Below, in pieces: positions 1 through 9,626 of a stretch of 57,957 nucleotides of DNA. Numbering within the stretch: position 1 is the first letter of the stretch; every line of letters begins with the position of its first letter. Location of the stretch: IMG/VR virus record IMGVR_UViG_3300041583_000163, positions 1-57,957 of that record. One strand, written 5' to 3'. A program made the position numbers and the translations under genes. The stretch comes from a virus. Its lineage: Duplodnaviria; Caudoviricetes. The notes under the pieces are model-generated. The model saw nothing but the letters and a program-made list of their open reading frames with translations. It did no database searches and was not told the DNA's origin.

Positions 1-173
1 TGGCGCCTGTTGCGGATGCTGCCGCTGAGCCGGTTGATGCTGCGCCTGTTGCGGAAACTGCGCCTGTTGCGGATGCTGCGCCCGTTGATGCTGCGCCCGT
101 TGATGCTGCGCCCGTTGATGCTGCGCCGACACCTACTGAGCCCCTCTTGACGGCGGGCACCGCTGAATCAAAC
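1..173. repeat. Terminal overlap (left copy) with 57755-57957; circular or permuted assembly
   Basis: TGGCGCCTGTTGCGG...GCTGAATCAAAC at 1-173 recurs at 57755-57957. There are 3 full copies of GATGCTGCGCCCGTT here versus 5 at the end. Confidence 0.95.
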
Positions 174-3100
174 ACCGAGGTCGAGACAGTAGTGCCTGCG
201 GATGCAACGGATGCAACGGATGCAACGGATGCAACGGATGCAACGGATGCAACGGATGCAACGCCCCGCGTGCAGGCGCTCATTGAGCGGACAGAAAATG
301 CCGTGACGGACGCAGACTTAATGGGCGCAGTAGAAGCGCTCGTTGCTGCCGAAAAAGAGGGCACGCCAGCGGAGCAGGCGCAGGTGCGCGCGTACATAGC
401 TGAAGGTGAAAAGGTAGCGGACTTTAGGGAAAAGGTAGGCGCCGCTCGAAGTGAGGGGCGTAGGTTCCGAACACCGCAAGCCACAGCAGCGCCCACCACA
501 CCTGTCACACCCGAATCGTTGCGCCAGACCATTGCGCAGGTGACACGCTCCTTGGGGCTTCCAGCCAACACCATCTCAGTGCGGGACTCGGTGACGGAAG
601 TAGACCCCTCACAGCAGCCAGGGTCTCGGGCAGGGGCGTTCGTAGACGGGCAAGCCTTCGTATTTGCGGACGGCGTAAGCACCGGGATCGAAGGCCGAAA
701 GACCGTCTTTCATGAGCTGTTCCACAAGGGGCTGCGCACGCTTTTCCCAGGCGCCGATTACATGCGGGTGATGACCTCGCTGTACAACCAAAGCAAGCCG
801 GTAAAAGACCTCGCCGACGCGTGGCTGAACAATGCACAAAACAAAGCAGATGTGGCCGGCATGTCCGTACCCATGCGCCGCGCAGTTGCCGTAGATGAAG
901 TCTTGGCCGGCACGGCCGAGACGCGAAAGTCCCCCACTCTGCTGCGCCAGCTGGGAAATTGGATGGCCGGCATCGCGCAGCGCATGGGAATGACCGACCT
1001 TGCTACCAACATTCGCACTATGGGCATGGGGCCGCTGGAGGCATTCATAGACACCGCGCTACGTGCGGCAGGCAACAAAAACCCTTTGAGCACCCCTGCG
1101 GCCTCGATCGACACACGCTTCAGTACAGCGGGGCCATCCGCAAACCCGGACGTCCAACAAGCCCGAGACATTGTTAACCGACTGGTGCCCCTGGCAGAAC
1201 CTGCACCCGGCATCATCGACGTGACGCGCGACGCGCTCACAAGTGCCGCAGAGAACCCACGTCAAGCGCTGCGATCGGTGCGAGAGGCCACGGCCAACAT
1301 TGCGGAGCGATTTGGTCAGTCCATATGGTCCAACAACACCATCCTCACGGCCAACATCGCACGCGCAACCGTAGAGGCCAACATGACCGCCCCGCAGCAA
1401 ACAGACATGCAGCTGCGAGTGTCAACAGCCATCGCGGTGCACGCAGGGCATACCGCTGACTTGGCTATGACCGAGGGCTCTTTGCGGTACGACCCAACCA
1501 CCTACGGGTGGAAGACCGTGCGTTCGCAGTTCAACTTGCCCAACTTCCAAGAGGCGATACAGAAGGTGTCGACCAAGTATGCGGTCTCGATAGCAGAAGC
1601 TGAGCGCATGTGGCACGCCAGCAGCGAGGCCGGCCGGGTCCAAGAACTGCGTGCAAACAACAGCCGAGCCGAGCTGGCCGCACAGGCGTTTGAGGCTCGT
1701 GGCGACGCTGTGGGCGCCAAGCGGATGCGAGATACCATAAAGAGGCTTCAACGGACCTTGGATCAGGAGCGCGAGGGGCTTGAACTGTACCGCTTGATGC
1801 CTGAACTGCTGGAAGCCAGCAGGATCTGGGACGGCTTTCGCGGCAACATGCTGGACATCATGGTCGAGGGCGGTATGACATCTCAGGCGGAGGCTGAGGC
1901 GCTTTTTGATAACGCCGCCTACGTGCCGTTCTACCGCGATGAGCAGCTGGAGTCCTCTGCGGGACCAAAGACTTTCATCAGCGGCCTGCGTGTGCAACGC
2001 GAAAAGGGGATGACAGGCTCCGAAAAACCCGTTGCAAACCTGATCGACAACATCGTTCGCTGGTCCCATTACGCAGTGGAGCGCTCGGTCAGAAACCGCA
2101 AAGCGCTCGATATGATGGACGCCTCGGTTGAGATGGGTCTGGCCACACCTATTCAAGGCAAGCCCCAGCGTGGTGTGAATTCTGCTCGCGTGTACCGAGA
2201 CGGCAAGGAAGAGTTCTACGACGTCCAAGTGCCCGGCATGATGGAGGCGTTCAGCGGCATCGAGAGTATTGCCATCCCGCTCCTGAACCCGTTCACAAAA
2301 ATAGCTAACTTGCTGCGCGCGAACATCGTGCTGAACCCATTGTTCTCGTTGGTGCAGGTGCCCCAAGACGCCTTCGCAGCCATGTTTACCTCGGGGCTCC
2401 AGCCCAAGTTCGCACTCAGCATCCCCATGCGCGCAATGCGGGAGTTTGCCAAGGTGAGCGTGACGGGTACCAGCAAGACCTACGAGGAGCTGCGCAAGTT
2501 CTCGATCACAGGCCAGAAAGACATCTCAGCGGCCGTGCGGCGCAACGACAGCAACATCCGAGCCGGACTGGGGTCCCAGCCCAGCTATGTGCGCAAAGGG
2601 CTCAGCAAGCTGCACCAGATCTCGATGGCGTCTGACAATGCGGTGCGCCAAGCGGTGTACGAGGCAGCGATGGCGCAGGGTGTGCCCCGCGCACAGGCCA
2701 TGCGAAAAGCCACCGAGATCATCAACTTCCGCTACCGGGGCACCAACGGTGCGATCGGCGTGTTGTCTCAGGTGATACCGTTCATGACTGCGTACTTGGC
2801 AGCAACGAACGTCATGTACAAGACGATCACGGGCACTGGCGTCGCGCCAGCCGAACGCAAGGCAGCTCTGGGTACCTTGGCCGCAACCACGGCAGTCGTA
2901 ACGGCGCTGTCAGCCATCTACGCCATGATGGTGAGTGGCGACGATGGCTACGAAGAGGTGCCAGCCTACAAGCGCGACCGTGTCTTGCTGGTGCCTGGGC
3001 TGGGGGTGAGTATCCCGCTGCGCAACGACTTGTTCCTGCTGCCAAAGATCACGGGCGAGTATCTGTGGAACTCCTTGGCTGACAACGGGATGACCGACAG

Positions 3101-3869
3101 TGCCAAGTTCAAGACCGCTGTGCGTGACTCCGTGGTCAACAGCATGTTTAGCCCGACAGCAGTCCCTCAGTTGCTCAAGCCCGCAGCGGAGGTGATGGCC
3201 AACTACAGCTTCTTCACCAAGCGCGCCTTGATCAGCCCCTACGTGCAGCAGGTCGACGCATCATTGCAGTTCAGCGACAGTACCTCGGAGCTGTCCAAAG
3301 CCCTGGCGCCAATGTTTGGGCGCAATTCGGTATCCCCCATCGCGATGGACCACCTGATTCGAGGTTACCTGGGTACGACAGGCGGGCTGCTGTTGTATGG
3401 AACCAACAAAATATTTGGTCAGATCGGAGATGTCGAGCGTGCAGACCTAAACTTCCGAGACGCCATATCGACCTTCCCCGGGCTGGGCTCCTTAGTGACC
3501 AGAGAAAATGAGTCGGGTTTGGAGGCGGACTTCTACGAGCTGCGCAACGCCACGCTGCGCGCCAAGCGTTCGCTCGACAACATAGAGAGCCGACGCCCCC
3601 AGCAACGCGAAAGCTACCTTGCGCAGCCGAACGTCTTGGCTCGCCTGGAGCTGTCAGGCACAGTAGAGAGCATCAACACCGATCTTGCCGCCATCAACAA
3701 AGAGATACGGGGACTGAACGCACTGCCGGCCACAGCGATAAGTGCCGCTGAGAAGGGTGTGGCCATTGACGAGCTGAAAAAGCTCAAGGCAGACCTGCTG
3801 AAGAATGTGCGTCTGCCAGAGATGCGCGAGAAAGCGAACCTCTTCTCTATCACGGGCAGCGGGGGGTAG
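1..3869 (+). CDS. C-terminal part of a large polyvalent/internal virion protein (HExxH metallopeptidase-like domain plus LPD38-like C-terminus); continues from 56053 across the junction
   Basis: ORF 147..3869 is in frame with the open frame from ATG 56053. It has an HELFH zinc motif, and its C-terminal YEEVPAYKRDR...IPL...PQLLKPAAE region resembles LPD38. Confidence 0.8.
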   Translation, partial: APVADAAAEPVDAAPVAETAPVADAAPVDAAPVDAAPVDAAPTPTEPLLTAGTAESNTEVETVVPADATDATDATDATDATDATDATPRVQALIERTENAVTDADLMGAVEALVAAEKEGTPAEQAQVRAYIAEGEKVADFREKVGAARSEGRRFRTPQATAAPTTPVTPESLRQTIAQVTRSLGLPANTISVRDSVTEVDPSQQPGSRAGAFVDGQAFVFADGVSTGIEGRKTVFHELFHKGLRTLFPGADYMRVMTSLYNQSKPVKDLADAWLNNAQNKADVAGMSVPMRRAVAVDEVLAGTAETRKSPTLLRQLGNWMAGIAQRMGMTDLATNIRTMGMGPLEAFIDTALRAAGNKNPLSTPAASIDTRFSTAGPSANPDVQQARDIVNRLVPLAEPAPGIIDVTRDALTSAAENPRQALRSVREATANIAERFGQSIWSNNTILTANIARATVEANMTAPQQTDMQLRVSTAIAVHAGHTADLAMTEGSLRYDPTTYGWKTVRSQFNLPNFQEAIQKVSTKYAVSIAEAERMWHASSEAGRVQELRANNSRAELAAQAFEARGDAVGAKRMRDTIKRLQRTLDQEREGLELYRLMPELLEASRIWDGFRGNMLDIMVEGGMTSQAEAEALFDNAAYVPFYRDEQLESSAGPKTFISGLRVQREKGMTGSEKPVANLIDNIVRWSHYAVERSVRNRKALDMMDASVEMGLATPIQGKPQRGVNSARVYRDGKEEFYDVQVPGMMEAFSGIESIAIPLLNPFTKIANLLRANIVLNPLFSLVQVPQDAFAAMFTSGLQPKFALSIPMRAMREFAKVSVTGTSKTYEELRKFSITGQKDISAAVRRNDSNIRAGLGSQPSYVRKGLSKLHQISMASDNAVRQAVYEAAMAQGVPRAQAMRKATEIINFRYRGTNGAIGVLSQVIPFMTAYLAATNVMYKTITGTGVAPAERKAALGTLAATTAVVTALSAIYAMMVSGDDGYEEVPAYKRDRVLLVPGLGVSIPLRNDLFLLPKITGEYLWNSLADNGMTDSAKFKTAVRDSVVNSMFSPTAVPQLLKPAAEVMANYSFFTKRALISPYVQQVDASLQFSDSTSELSKALAPMFGRNSVSPIAMDHLIRGYLGTTGGLLLYGTNKIFGQIGDVERADLNFRDAISTFPGLGSLVTRENESGLEADFYELRNATLRAKRSLDNIESRRPQQRESYLAQPNVLARLELSGTVESINTDLAAINKEIRGLNALPATAISAAEKGVAIDELKKLKADLLKNVRLPEMREKANLFSITGSGG
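201..263 (+). repeat. 9-bp tandem repeat (GATGCAACG)x7 encoding (DAT)7
   Basis: Read directly from the sequence. Confidence 0.95.
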
Positions 3870-4071
3870 GCGCTCTTCTAGATCGTGCGTCAGGCAAGCG
3901 ACTGAACCAGACGCCGTACTGCCCTCTCACAATGGCAGGCTGTCCCTCTGCTTTAATTCGCAGAGGGACAGCGGCTCTTAACCCTAGTTCTCGGACACGC
4001 CCCACGTTGATGCAGGGGACGAAGAACCCCTGGCCAACCTCAAGGCCCCCCCAAGGCCAGCTCAGCTTCAT
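3850..4071 (-). CDS. Small hypothetical protein (possible DNA-binding)
   Basis: 73-aa ORF coupled to the primase 3' end; PWxxLEVGQGFFVPC pattern is typical of small phage proteins. Confidence 0.6.
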   Translation of the reverse strand: MKLSWPWGGLEVGQGFFVPCINVGRVRELGLRAAVPLRIKAEGQPAIVRGQYGVWFSRLPDARSRRAPTPRCP

Positions 4072-7048
4072 CGAATTCTCCCACAGGGGTCGTGTAGTGC
4101 AGGGTGCTCACCCGCATCTCGGGCGCATCGGTGCCGGCCGTCATGTTCTTGCGTTGATCGAACCGGATGCCGTATAGCTTGCCTGCCGCGCGACGCCCCG
4201 CCACCAGCTTGTCCATATGGCGCTTGAAGTCCGTGTAACCGTAGCTCATGGCAGCGCAGTGCTGGCGCAGCAGCTTCTCCTCGATCCAGATCTCCTTGAC
4301 TGAGTTGCGCGCATCTATCTCCACACGCCCCATGACTGCGGTACGCGTGCTGGTCTTGGTGGACAGGTCCAAACCAAGTTCGGTCTTCACGCCCCCCAGC
4401 TCGTCCTTGCGCACGGTGACGAAGCGCCCGTTGTTGTCCCCGATGTAGCTCGACAGGATGTCTTCGGCCGTGCGCACGTTCTTCTTCTGAGCTTCGCGGG
4501 CGTTCTTCACTAGCGTGCCCAGCGCGTCCATGACCGCCTCAATCGGGGTGTCGATCAGGTTGGCGTGCTTGGAGCCACACAAGATGGCCGCAGTCACCAC
4601 AGAGGTGCACGCAGCGTGCCAGTACCGCTCCTCGTCCACGAAACCGATGCGCTCCTTCACAATCAGGTAGGCCCTGTCCCACACGCGCTGCACTTCGCGG
4701 TGGTTCTTCACGACGTAGCGTACCCAGGCTTCTCCCGCCACGCCGTAGTTGCGCCGCATACTCTGCAAGGCATCTCGATCTTCTGGTGCCCAGTTGATCT
4801 GCTTGGTGGGCGTCCACTCCAGCATCCGCATAACCTCGCCGTTGGAGGCGTGTTTGCGTGCGCCCATCAGCACGTCGTGCATGTGGGTGTTGGATGTCAT
4901 TGTGCAAGTCAGCGCCCAGGTGCTGTTGTTGACGCGCTCCTTGTTGGCCCCGGACTCCATGCGCTCCTTGCCCTGGCCTTCGGAGATATTGAAAATGAAC
5001 TCGGGCACCCATGAAGCGTCGTTGCGCGCCTTGTCCGTCACCTCGTCGATCAGCAGCGGCATGCTATTGAGTAGACCCGCTCGCTGCTGCATAGCCACGT
5101 GGGATGTGCCTTTACCGGTTCGGTATCGCACAGGATGGCCCCAGACTGCCGCCTTGGCATTGAGCGTGAGGGACTTGCCAGTGCCCGACTCGGTCGATCC
5201 GATGTGCCAGACGAAACCCTCGTACTCGCTGAACTGCATCAGCGTGGAGCCGAAACTGTCCAGACAGAGCGCCAGCATCGTGTGCATCTTGCGCCGAATC
5301 ATCAGCTCCCAGAACTCGCGCCACTCCTCGACGGTGCCCTTGCCTGCTGTTGCACGGTTCAGGTTCTCCAAGCCCGGCATGGGTACGGTCACCACGGTGC
5401 CATCCGACTTGAAGATGCGGCTGTTGTAAACGAAGCTGCGGTCCTTTTGCCAGCCGTACTGCGTAGGGATGTCCACGGGCTTTTGCTGCATGCCGGCCTG
5501 CTCGACGGACCCGCGCACATAGGCGTAGAGGTACTGATCGTTGTACTTGCCGTTGGCAGCAGCCACGCCATGACTTGCAAGCACCTTGAGCAGCTCATCC
5601 TGGGATACGACCGTCTTCTGCGGCAGCAGTATCTGGATGTACTCCTTCTCGCGGTTGCCCTCTGCGTCCTCTGGGCCGCACGGCTTGATGGCCATCAGGT
5701 TGGCGTACACCTCTTGAGTGTCCATACGCAGCAGGTCGACAACGTACAGGTCATAAGGCAGCACGACAACTTGCACCTTGGACTTCTGGCCAGAGGCGTC
5801 GGTCAGTTCCACCGAGCGGTAGACGCCACCCCGTACACCATAGTCGAAGCCTTGCGGAGGCAGTGGGCGCGTGAAGCTGCGCGTTACCAGCAGGTTGGTG
5901 TCGTACTCGTCATCTGCGTCCACGGGCTCGGCCGGCGCCAGGATCTTGGTCGGAATCGTAATTTCACGACGTGCGTTGTCGACAGCCACCTCACGCCCGA
6001 GCGCCAGCGGGTTCGTGATCTTGCCCCAGTGGGCGCAGCCCGTGCAGATGCCTGGGTTCTCGCTGTCGAGCTTGACGCAGGGGTAGGGTCCCTTGATGCT
6101 GTTGAGCTTCTCGTGCATGCGCTCCACAGGGTATGGGTGCAGTGCAGACAGCTTCAGGGCATACTCATCTGCGTCTTCGCAGACTTTGGCCAGCGACAGC
6201 AGACCGCGCCACAGGGGCTCCATGCCCTCATCCTCGGCGTTGTTGCGGTAGTAGTCGAGCTGGCCACACCCACCCCCCTTCTCGGACTTCAGCCAGATGG
6301 TCTCAAAGCATGTGGTGCTGTTGCCCATGAGCGCCTCGGCCACGGCGGTGCGCGCCTTCGTGGGAGGCCGGCCGGGGAGTGACATGCCTGCTTGGGGAAA
6401 GCTGTCGGACGCCGCCTTGAACTCATCACGCAGCAGGCCGCGCACGGTGGCGGAGAAGCGCCGCAGGTCCACTTGAGCGTTACCCTCTTGGAGCATCTTG
6501 ACCGGGCGAGGCTCGCCGTATTTCTTCTTGAAGTTCATAGTGCCCGGCACCCGCAGCACGCGCGCAGCGTCGGCGGTGACTGTCATGTCTATGCTGAGCC
6601 CCTCTTGCTTGCACAGGCGCTTGAACGCTTCTGCCACGGGTTTCCACTGATCAATGTCAGCCACCTGGGTCAACGGCCAGTAAACGTGCAGCCCGCCGCC
6701 GGAGGCGATGATGTGCGGCATGCCGAAGGAGTCCAGTCCCGTCTTGGCCAGAAACGCGAATAGAGCCAAGCCCGCTTCCTTCTTGCTGTCGTAACCGTCC
6801 ATGTCTAGAAAGATCGCCTTGACGTGCTGGGCGTTGAGGGCCTTGCGGCCCTTTGATGGGTCCTCGAACGTAGCCAGGGCGAAGTACACGTCGCGCCCTG
6901 CCGTCAACCACTCACGAATGTGGGGCTTGGTGTCCGAGATTTTGAGCACGAAGCGGTGTTGCTTGCGCGGTGAATTTAGTTCGGCCACGCAGTAGTGGCC
7001 GTGATCTGGCGGCGGGAGTACCGCCGCCAGGAACTCAAGCGGTGTCAT
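4040..7048 (-). CDS. DNA primase-helicase (RepB-like primase N-terminus, DUF927-like region, SF3-like ATPase)
   Basis: 1002 aa; DMD and SGGGLHVYW primase motifs, ARVLRVPGT, Cys cluster, Walker A GSTESGTGKS, Walker B LLIDE. Confidence 0.85.
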   Translation of the reverse strand: MTPLEFLAAVLPPPDHGHYCVAELNSPRKQHRFVLKISDTKPHIREWLTAGRDVYFALATFEDPSKGRKALNAQHVKAIFLDMDGYDSKKEAGLALFAFLAKTGLDSFGMPHIIASGGGLHVYWPLTQVADIDQWKPVAEAFKRLCKQEGLSIDMTVTADAARVLRVPGTMNFKKKYGEPRPVKMLQEGNAQVDLRRFSATVRGLLRDEFKAASDSFPQAGMSLPGRPPTKARTAVAEALMGNSTTCFETIWLKSEKGGGCGQLDYYRNNAEDEGMEPLWRGLLSLAKVCEDADEYALKLSALHPYPVERMHEKLNSIKGPYPCVKLDSENPGICTGCAHWGKITNPLALGREVAVDNARREITIPTKILAPAEPVDADDEYDTNLLVTRSFTRPLPPQGFDYGVRGGVYRSVELTDASGQKSKVQVVVLPYDLYVVDLLRMDTQEVYANLMAIKPCGPEDAEGNREKEYIQILLPQKTVVSQDELLKVLASHGVAAANGKYNDQYLYAYVRGSVEQAGMQQKPVDIPTQYGWQKDRSFVYNSRIFKSDGTVVTVPMPGLENLNRATAGKGTVEEWREFWELMIRRKMHTMLALCLDSFGSTLMQFSEYEGFVWHIGSTESGTGKSLTLNAKAAVWGHPVRYRTGKGTSHVAMQQRAGLLNSMPLLIDEVTDKARNDASWVPEFIFNISEGQGKERMESGANKERVNNSTWALTCTMTSNTHMHDVLMGARKHASNGEVMRMLEWTPTKQINWAPEDRDALQSMRRNYGVAGEAWVRYVVKNHREVQRVWDRAYLIVKERIGFVDEERYWHAACTSVVTAAILCGSKHANLIDTPIEAVMDALGTLVKNAREAQKKNVRTAEDILSSYIGDNNGRFVTVRKDELGGVKTELGLDLSTKTSTRTAVMGRVEIDARNSVKEIWIEEKLLRQHCAAMSYGYTDFKRHMDKLVAGRRAAGKLYGIRFDQRKNMTAGTDAPEMRVSTLHYTTPVGEFDEAELALGGP

Positions 7049-7063
7049 AGGGCGTCCCTGACG

Positions 7064-7282
7064 TCAGGCGAGGACGGAGGGAACCCGGGTCACCTCACCA
7101 AAGAGTTCTCTGATCTGCCAGCTCTCCCAACCAGCCCCACCTTTAAGGGGGTGCCTAAATATCTCGACGAATCGAAGCGCCACATGTTGTAGATCTTCAG
7201 GAGTTGCAGCCGCAACGCCGATGGTGTCTAAGTACCGTGCCAGCTCCTCATTGGTCAGCCCTGCAAGTTGAATTCTCGACAT
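7064..7282 (-). CDS. Hypothetical protein
   Basis: 72-aa ORF in the operon with an upstream SD. Confidence 0.55.
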   Translation of the reverse strand: MSRIQLAGLTNEELARYLDTIGVAAATPEDLQHVALRFVEIFRHPLKGGAGWESWQIRELFGEVTRVPSVLA

Positions 7283-7548
7283 ATTGTTCTCCAGACGTCT
7301 TCGGTTGTTTTGTTGGTCGCGTGAGCCTGCTCCATGATCTTTATCATGCGAAGAACACGAGGCTTGAACGCCTTAAAAATCTCGCCGCCCTTCATCCAGT
7401 TGTACACGCTCTGGCGTGTGGCCCCGGTGGCAGCAGCGATCTTGGTGACAGGCAGGTCGAAGTAGATGGCCCAGCGACCCAGGGCAGCGCCCATGTGCGT
7501 CAGCGGTAGCTTCTTGACCTCAGTGACTACTTTTGGGTGGTATGGCAT
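7255..7548 (-). CDS. HTH (Cro/XRE-like) DNA-binding protein
   Basis: VTKIAAATGATRQSVYNWMKG helix-turn-helix pattern. Confidence 0.75.
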   Translation of the reverse strand: MPYHPKVVTEVKKLPLTHMGAALGRWAIYFDLPVTKIAAATGATRQSVYNWMKGGEIFKAFKPRVLRMIKIMEQAHATNKTTEDVWRTICREFNLQG

Positions 7549-7555
7549 ATTGCGA

Positions 7556-7577
7556 AGGGGGCCGTAACAGGCCCCCT
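7556..7577. terminator. GC-rich hairpin, terminator-like, downstream of the putative SSB gene
   Basis: AGGGGGCC-GTAACA-GGCCCCCT 8-bp stem; weak U-tract. Confidence 0.5.
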
Positions 7578-7590
7578 CTCTGTTTAATTA

Positions 7591-8685
7591 TCAGTCGTCC
7601 CAACCGGACACAACAGACGCCAGATCCGATGCTGGGAGTGCTTCAGGCTTGGCCTTGGTGGTGCGCTTGGCAGGCTCACCATCCTCTTCCTCGACCACGG
7701 GGGCCTTGGCTTTGACAGACGGTGCGGGCTCGTCATCTTCTTCCTCGACCACAGGCGCTTTGGCCTTGGCTTTGACAGACGGTGCGGGTGCCTCGTCTTC
7801 TTCCTCGACCACAACGGCTTGGGCTTGGGCCTTGGCCTTCACGACAGGCTTCTTGACCTTTGGTGCGGGTACCTCGTCTTCTTCCTCGACCACGGGGGCC
7901 TTGGCCTTGCGCACGGGCGGTGCACCTGCAACCTCATCCTCGACCTTGGCGCTCGGTGCGAAAGACATCGTGACCGCTTCCAAGGCGGTGGGGGAATCCG
8001 CCAGCGTCTCGACTACGGACATCTCGGTGTCATCGAGCCAGCGCATGGCCTTGAACACCACCTTGACTGCGTCGACGGAATCACCCGTGTCGAACTTCAT
8101 GCGGGTAACTACCATGTCGGGGCTGTACTTCTGAGCAACGAGCCAACGCGCGTACTCTTGCAGTGGGCGCTTGTCCCCGTCGGCCTTGCCGAAGAGGCTG
8201 GTGGCCGGCACCGTGAAGCTCATGACTGGCGCATCTTCGCCGTATTCCATCAGATCACTTAGCGTTGCCACCGCGATGCGCTGCTGAAAGCGACAGGCGC
8301 GGCTGTTACCCAGGCCGGAGCCTGCGACGTTCTTCTCGCACTTGGCGCAGCTGCTGGCTTGGGGAGACTTGATCGAGGCATCTGGCGTTTCACCGTCACC
8401 GCTCCAGCAGTCAGGGCCTGTCGTGCTAGTCGGGTCATACTTCCCAAGAAACATCACGCGCCCGACCTTTGGTGCGGCCTTGACGATCGCCACGTCCAGA
8501 TAGCGCTCTTCGATCTGACCCACCTCTTTGCCGCCATCGAGCAAACGCCAGACGCCGTTCTTGATAGAGATGCGACGACCGCCGCTGCTGCTACCCGCGA
8601 GGGCCTTGGCGACTTCGGAGAGACCTGCGCGAGCCAGGATGTGTGCCGGCAGCTTGCCGGAGAAAATTGAAACTTCGTTGGCCAT
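7591..8685 (-). CDS. Putative ssDNA-binding/annealing protein with acidic repeat tail
   Basis: RISIK, PDCWS.DG..P, C..C..N..GS...RAC motifs; PVVEEED repeats; acidic-aromatic C-terminus WDD; located in the replication module. Confidence 0.65.
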   Translation of the reverse strand: MANEVSIFSGKLPAHILARAGLSEVAKALAGSSSGGRRISIKNGVWRLLDGGKEVGQIEERYLDVAIVKAAPKVGRVMFLGKYDPTSTTGPDCWSGDGETPDASIKSPQASSCAKCEKNVAGSGLGNSRACRFQQRIAVATLSDLMEYGEDAPVMSFTVPATSLFGKADGDKRPLQEYARWLVAQKYSPDMVVTRMKFDTGDSVDAVKVVFKAMRWLDDTEMSVVETLADSPTALEAVTMSFAPSAKVEDEVAGAPPVRKAKAPVVEEEDEVPAPKVKKPVVKAKAQAQAVVVEEEDEAPAPSVKAKAKAPVVEEEDDEPAPSVKAKAPVVEEEDGEPAKRTTKAKPEALPASDLASVVSGWDD

Positions 8686-8736
8686 TATTGGGCTCCTGAA
8701 TTGATAACTTGGGTTGAGGGGCGTTAGGTGTGTGCT

Positions 8737-9120
8737 TTAGGCGAGGTCTTTTTTCTCTGCAAGATGCAGCTCCTGTTTGAGTTGATGGCCCATGAAGGAC
8801 CACACTTTTAGCACTGCATTAGATCGAGCGATCTTGCGGCCGATCTCGGCGTCGAAGTTAGCGGGACTGGCGCAGGCTGACTTACCCGTGACAGTGAATC
8901 CGTTTTGCAGGACAAGGACGCAGAAGGTGAGAAGCGCAAGTTCTGCATGAGCGCCGGTTAATCGCGTCAATTCATCTTGACTGTGAAACGCAGCCTGAAC
9001 ACCGTCCTTTGCCGTGAAGTAATACACGCCGGCAATGTTTGCCTCAACGTCAGCAGGGGTCACGCGCGGCGCGGTCTTGCCCTTGGCTTGAATCTCTCGT
9101 TCGATGGTGTTGTCGTTCAT
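8737..9120 (-). CDS. Gp49 family protein (N4 gp49/Sf6 gp66-like)
   Basis: APRVTP...LTFCVLVLQNGFTVTGKSACASPANFDAEIGRKIA signature; start chosen at ATG 9120 (AGGA SD). Confidence 0.85.
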   Translation of the reverse strand: MNDNTIEREIQAKGKTAPRVTPADVEANIAGVYYFTAKDGVQAAFHSQDELTRLTGAHAELALLTFCVLVLQNGFTVTGKSACASPANFDAEIGRKIARSNAVLKVWSFMGHQLKQELHLAEKKDLA

Positions 9121-9143
9121 GATATTTCCTAGTTGGGTTGTGT

Positions 9144-9557
9144 TCACGATCCTGGCTTTCTAACGCTGATGGTGTATTTGGCGTCCGACACGAGGGACGG
9201 GATCGCCAGCTGTGGGTTATCTTCCAAGAACCGCTCGGTGTTCTTCTGCGCCAGCCTACCCTCGAAGAGGTCAAAGGCGCCGTGCTCGACAACGAATGCG
9301 CGAAAGGCGTCCAAATCCTGCACGCTGTAGCGTGTGGACTTGCCCATGACGATAGTGCCCTCGATGGTTCGTACAGACGTTACACCCAACGCCTTCAGGC
9401 ACTCTTTCATGGCGTTGGTGACGGCATCCATCTGTCCGTCGATCTTGGCGACATCGGCTTGGTAGGTGGCGGTAAGCGCCCCTTTGGCATCGCGCATCTT
9501 GCGGTAGACCTTGGCTAGACGATCCAGCGGGACCGTTGCTTTCTCGACTTCTGACAT
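9144..9557 (-). CDS. Conserved replication-module protein (coiled-coil N-terminus)
   Basis: 137-aa ORF with a strong AGGAG SD; SVRT..GT motif. Confidence 0.7.
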   Translation of the reverse strand: MSEVEKATVPLDRLAKVYRKMRDAKGALTATYQADVAKIDGQMDAVTNAMKECLKALGVTSVRTIEGTIVMGKSTRYSVQDLDAFRAFVVEHGAFDLFEGRLAQKNTERFLEDNPQLAIPSLVSDAKYTISVRKPGS

Positions 9558-9626
9558 TGCTTTCTCCTGTTTGAAAGTATAACGATTGACAATGATAACC
9601 CCAGTTTTGCGCTCTGGGTAGGCTCC

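Noticed and set aside
1-173. End overlap as true physical terminal repeats
   Set aside because: It falls inside a coding VNTR of one continuous gene, so an assembly break of a circular or permuted genome is more likely.
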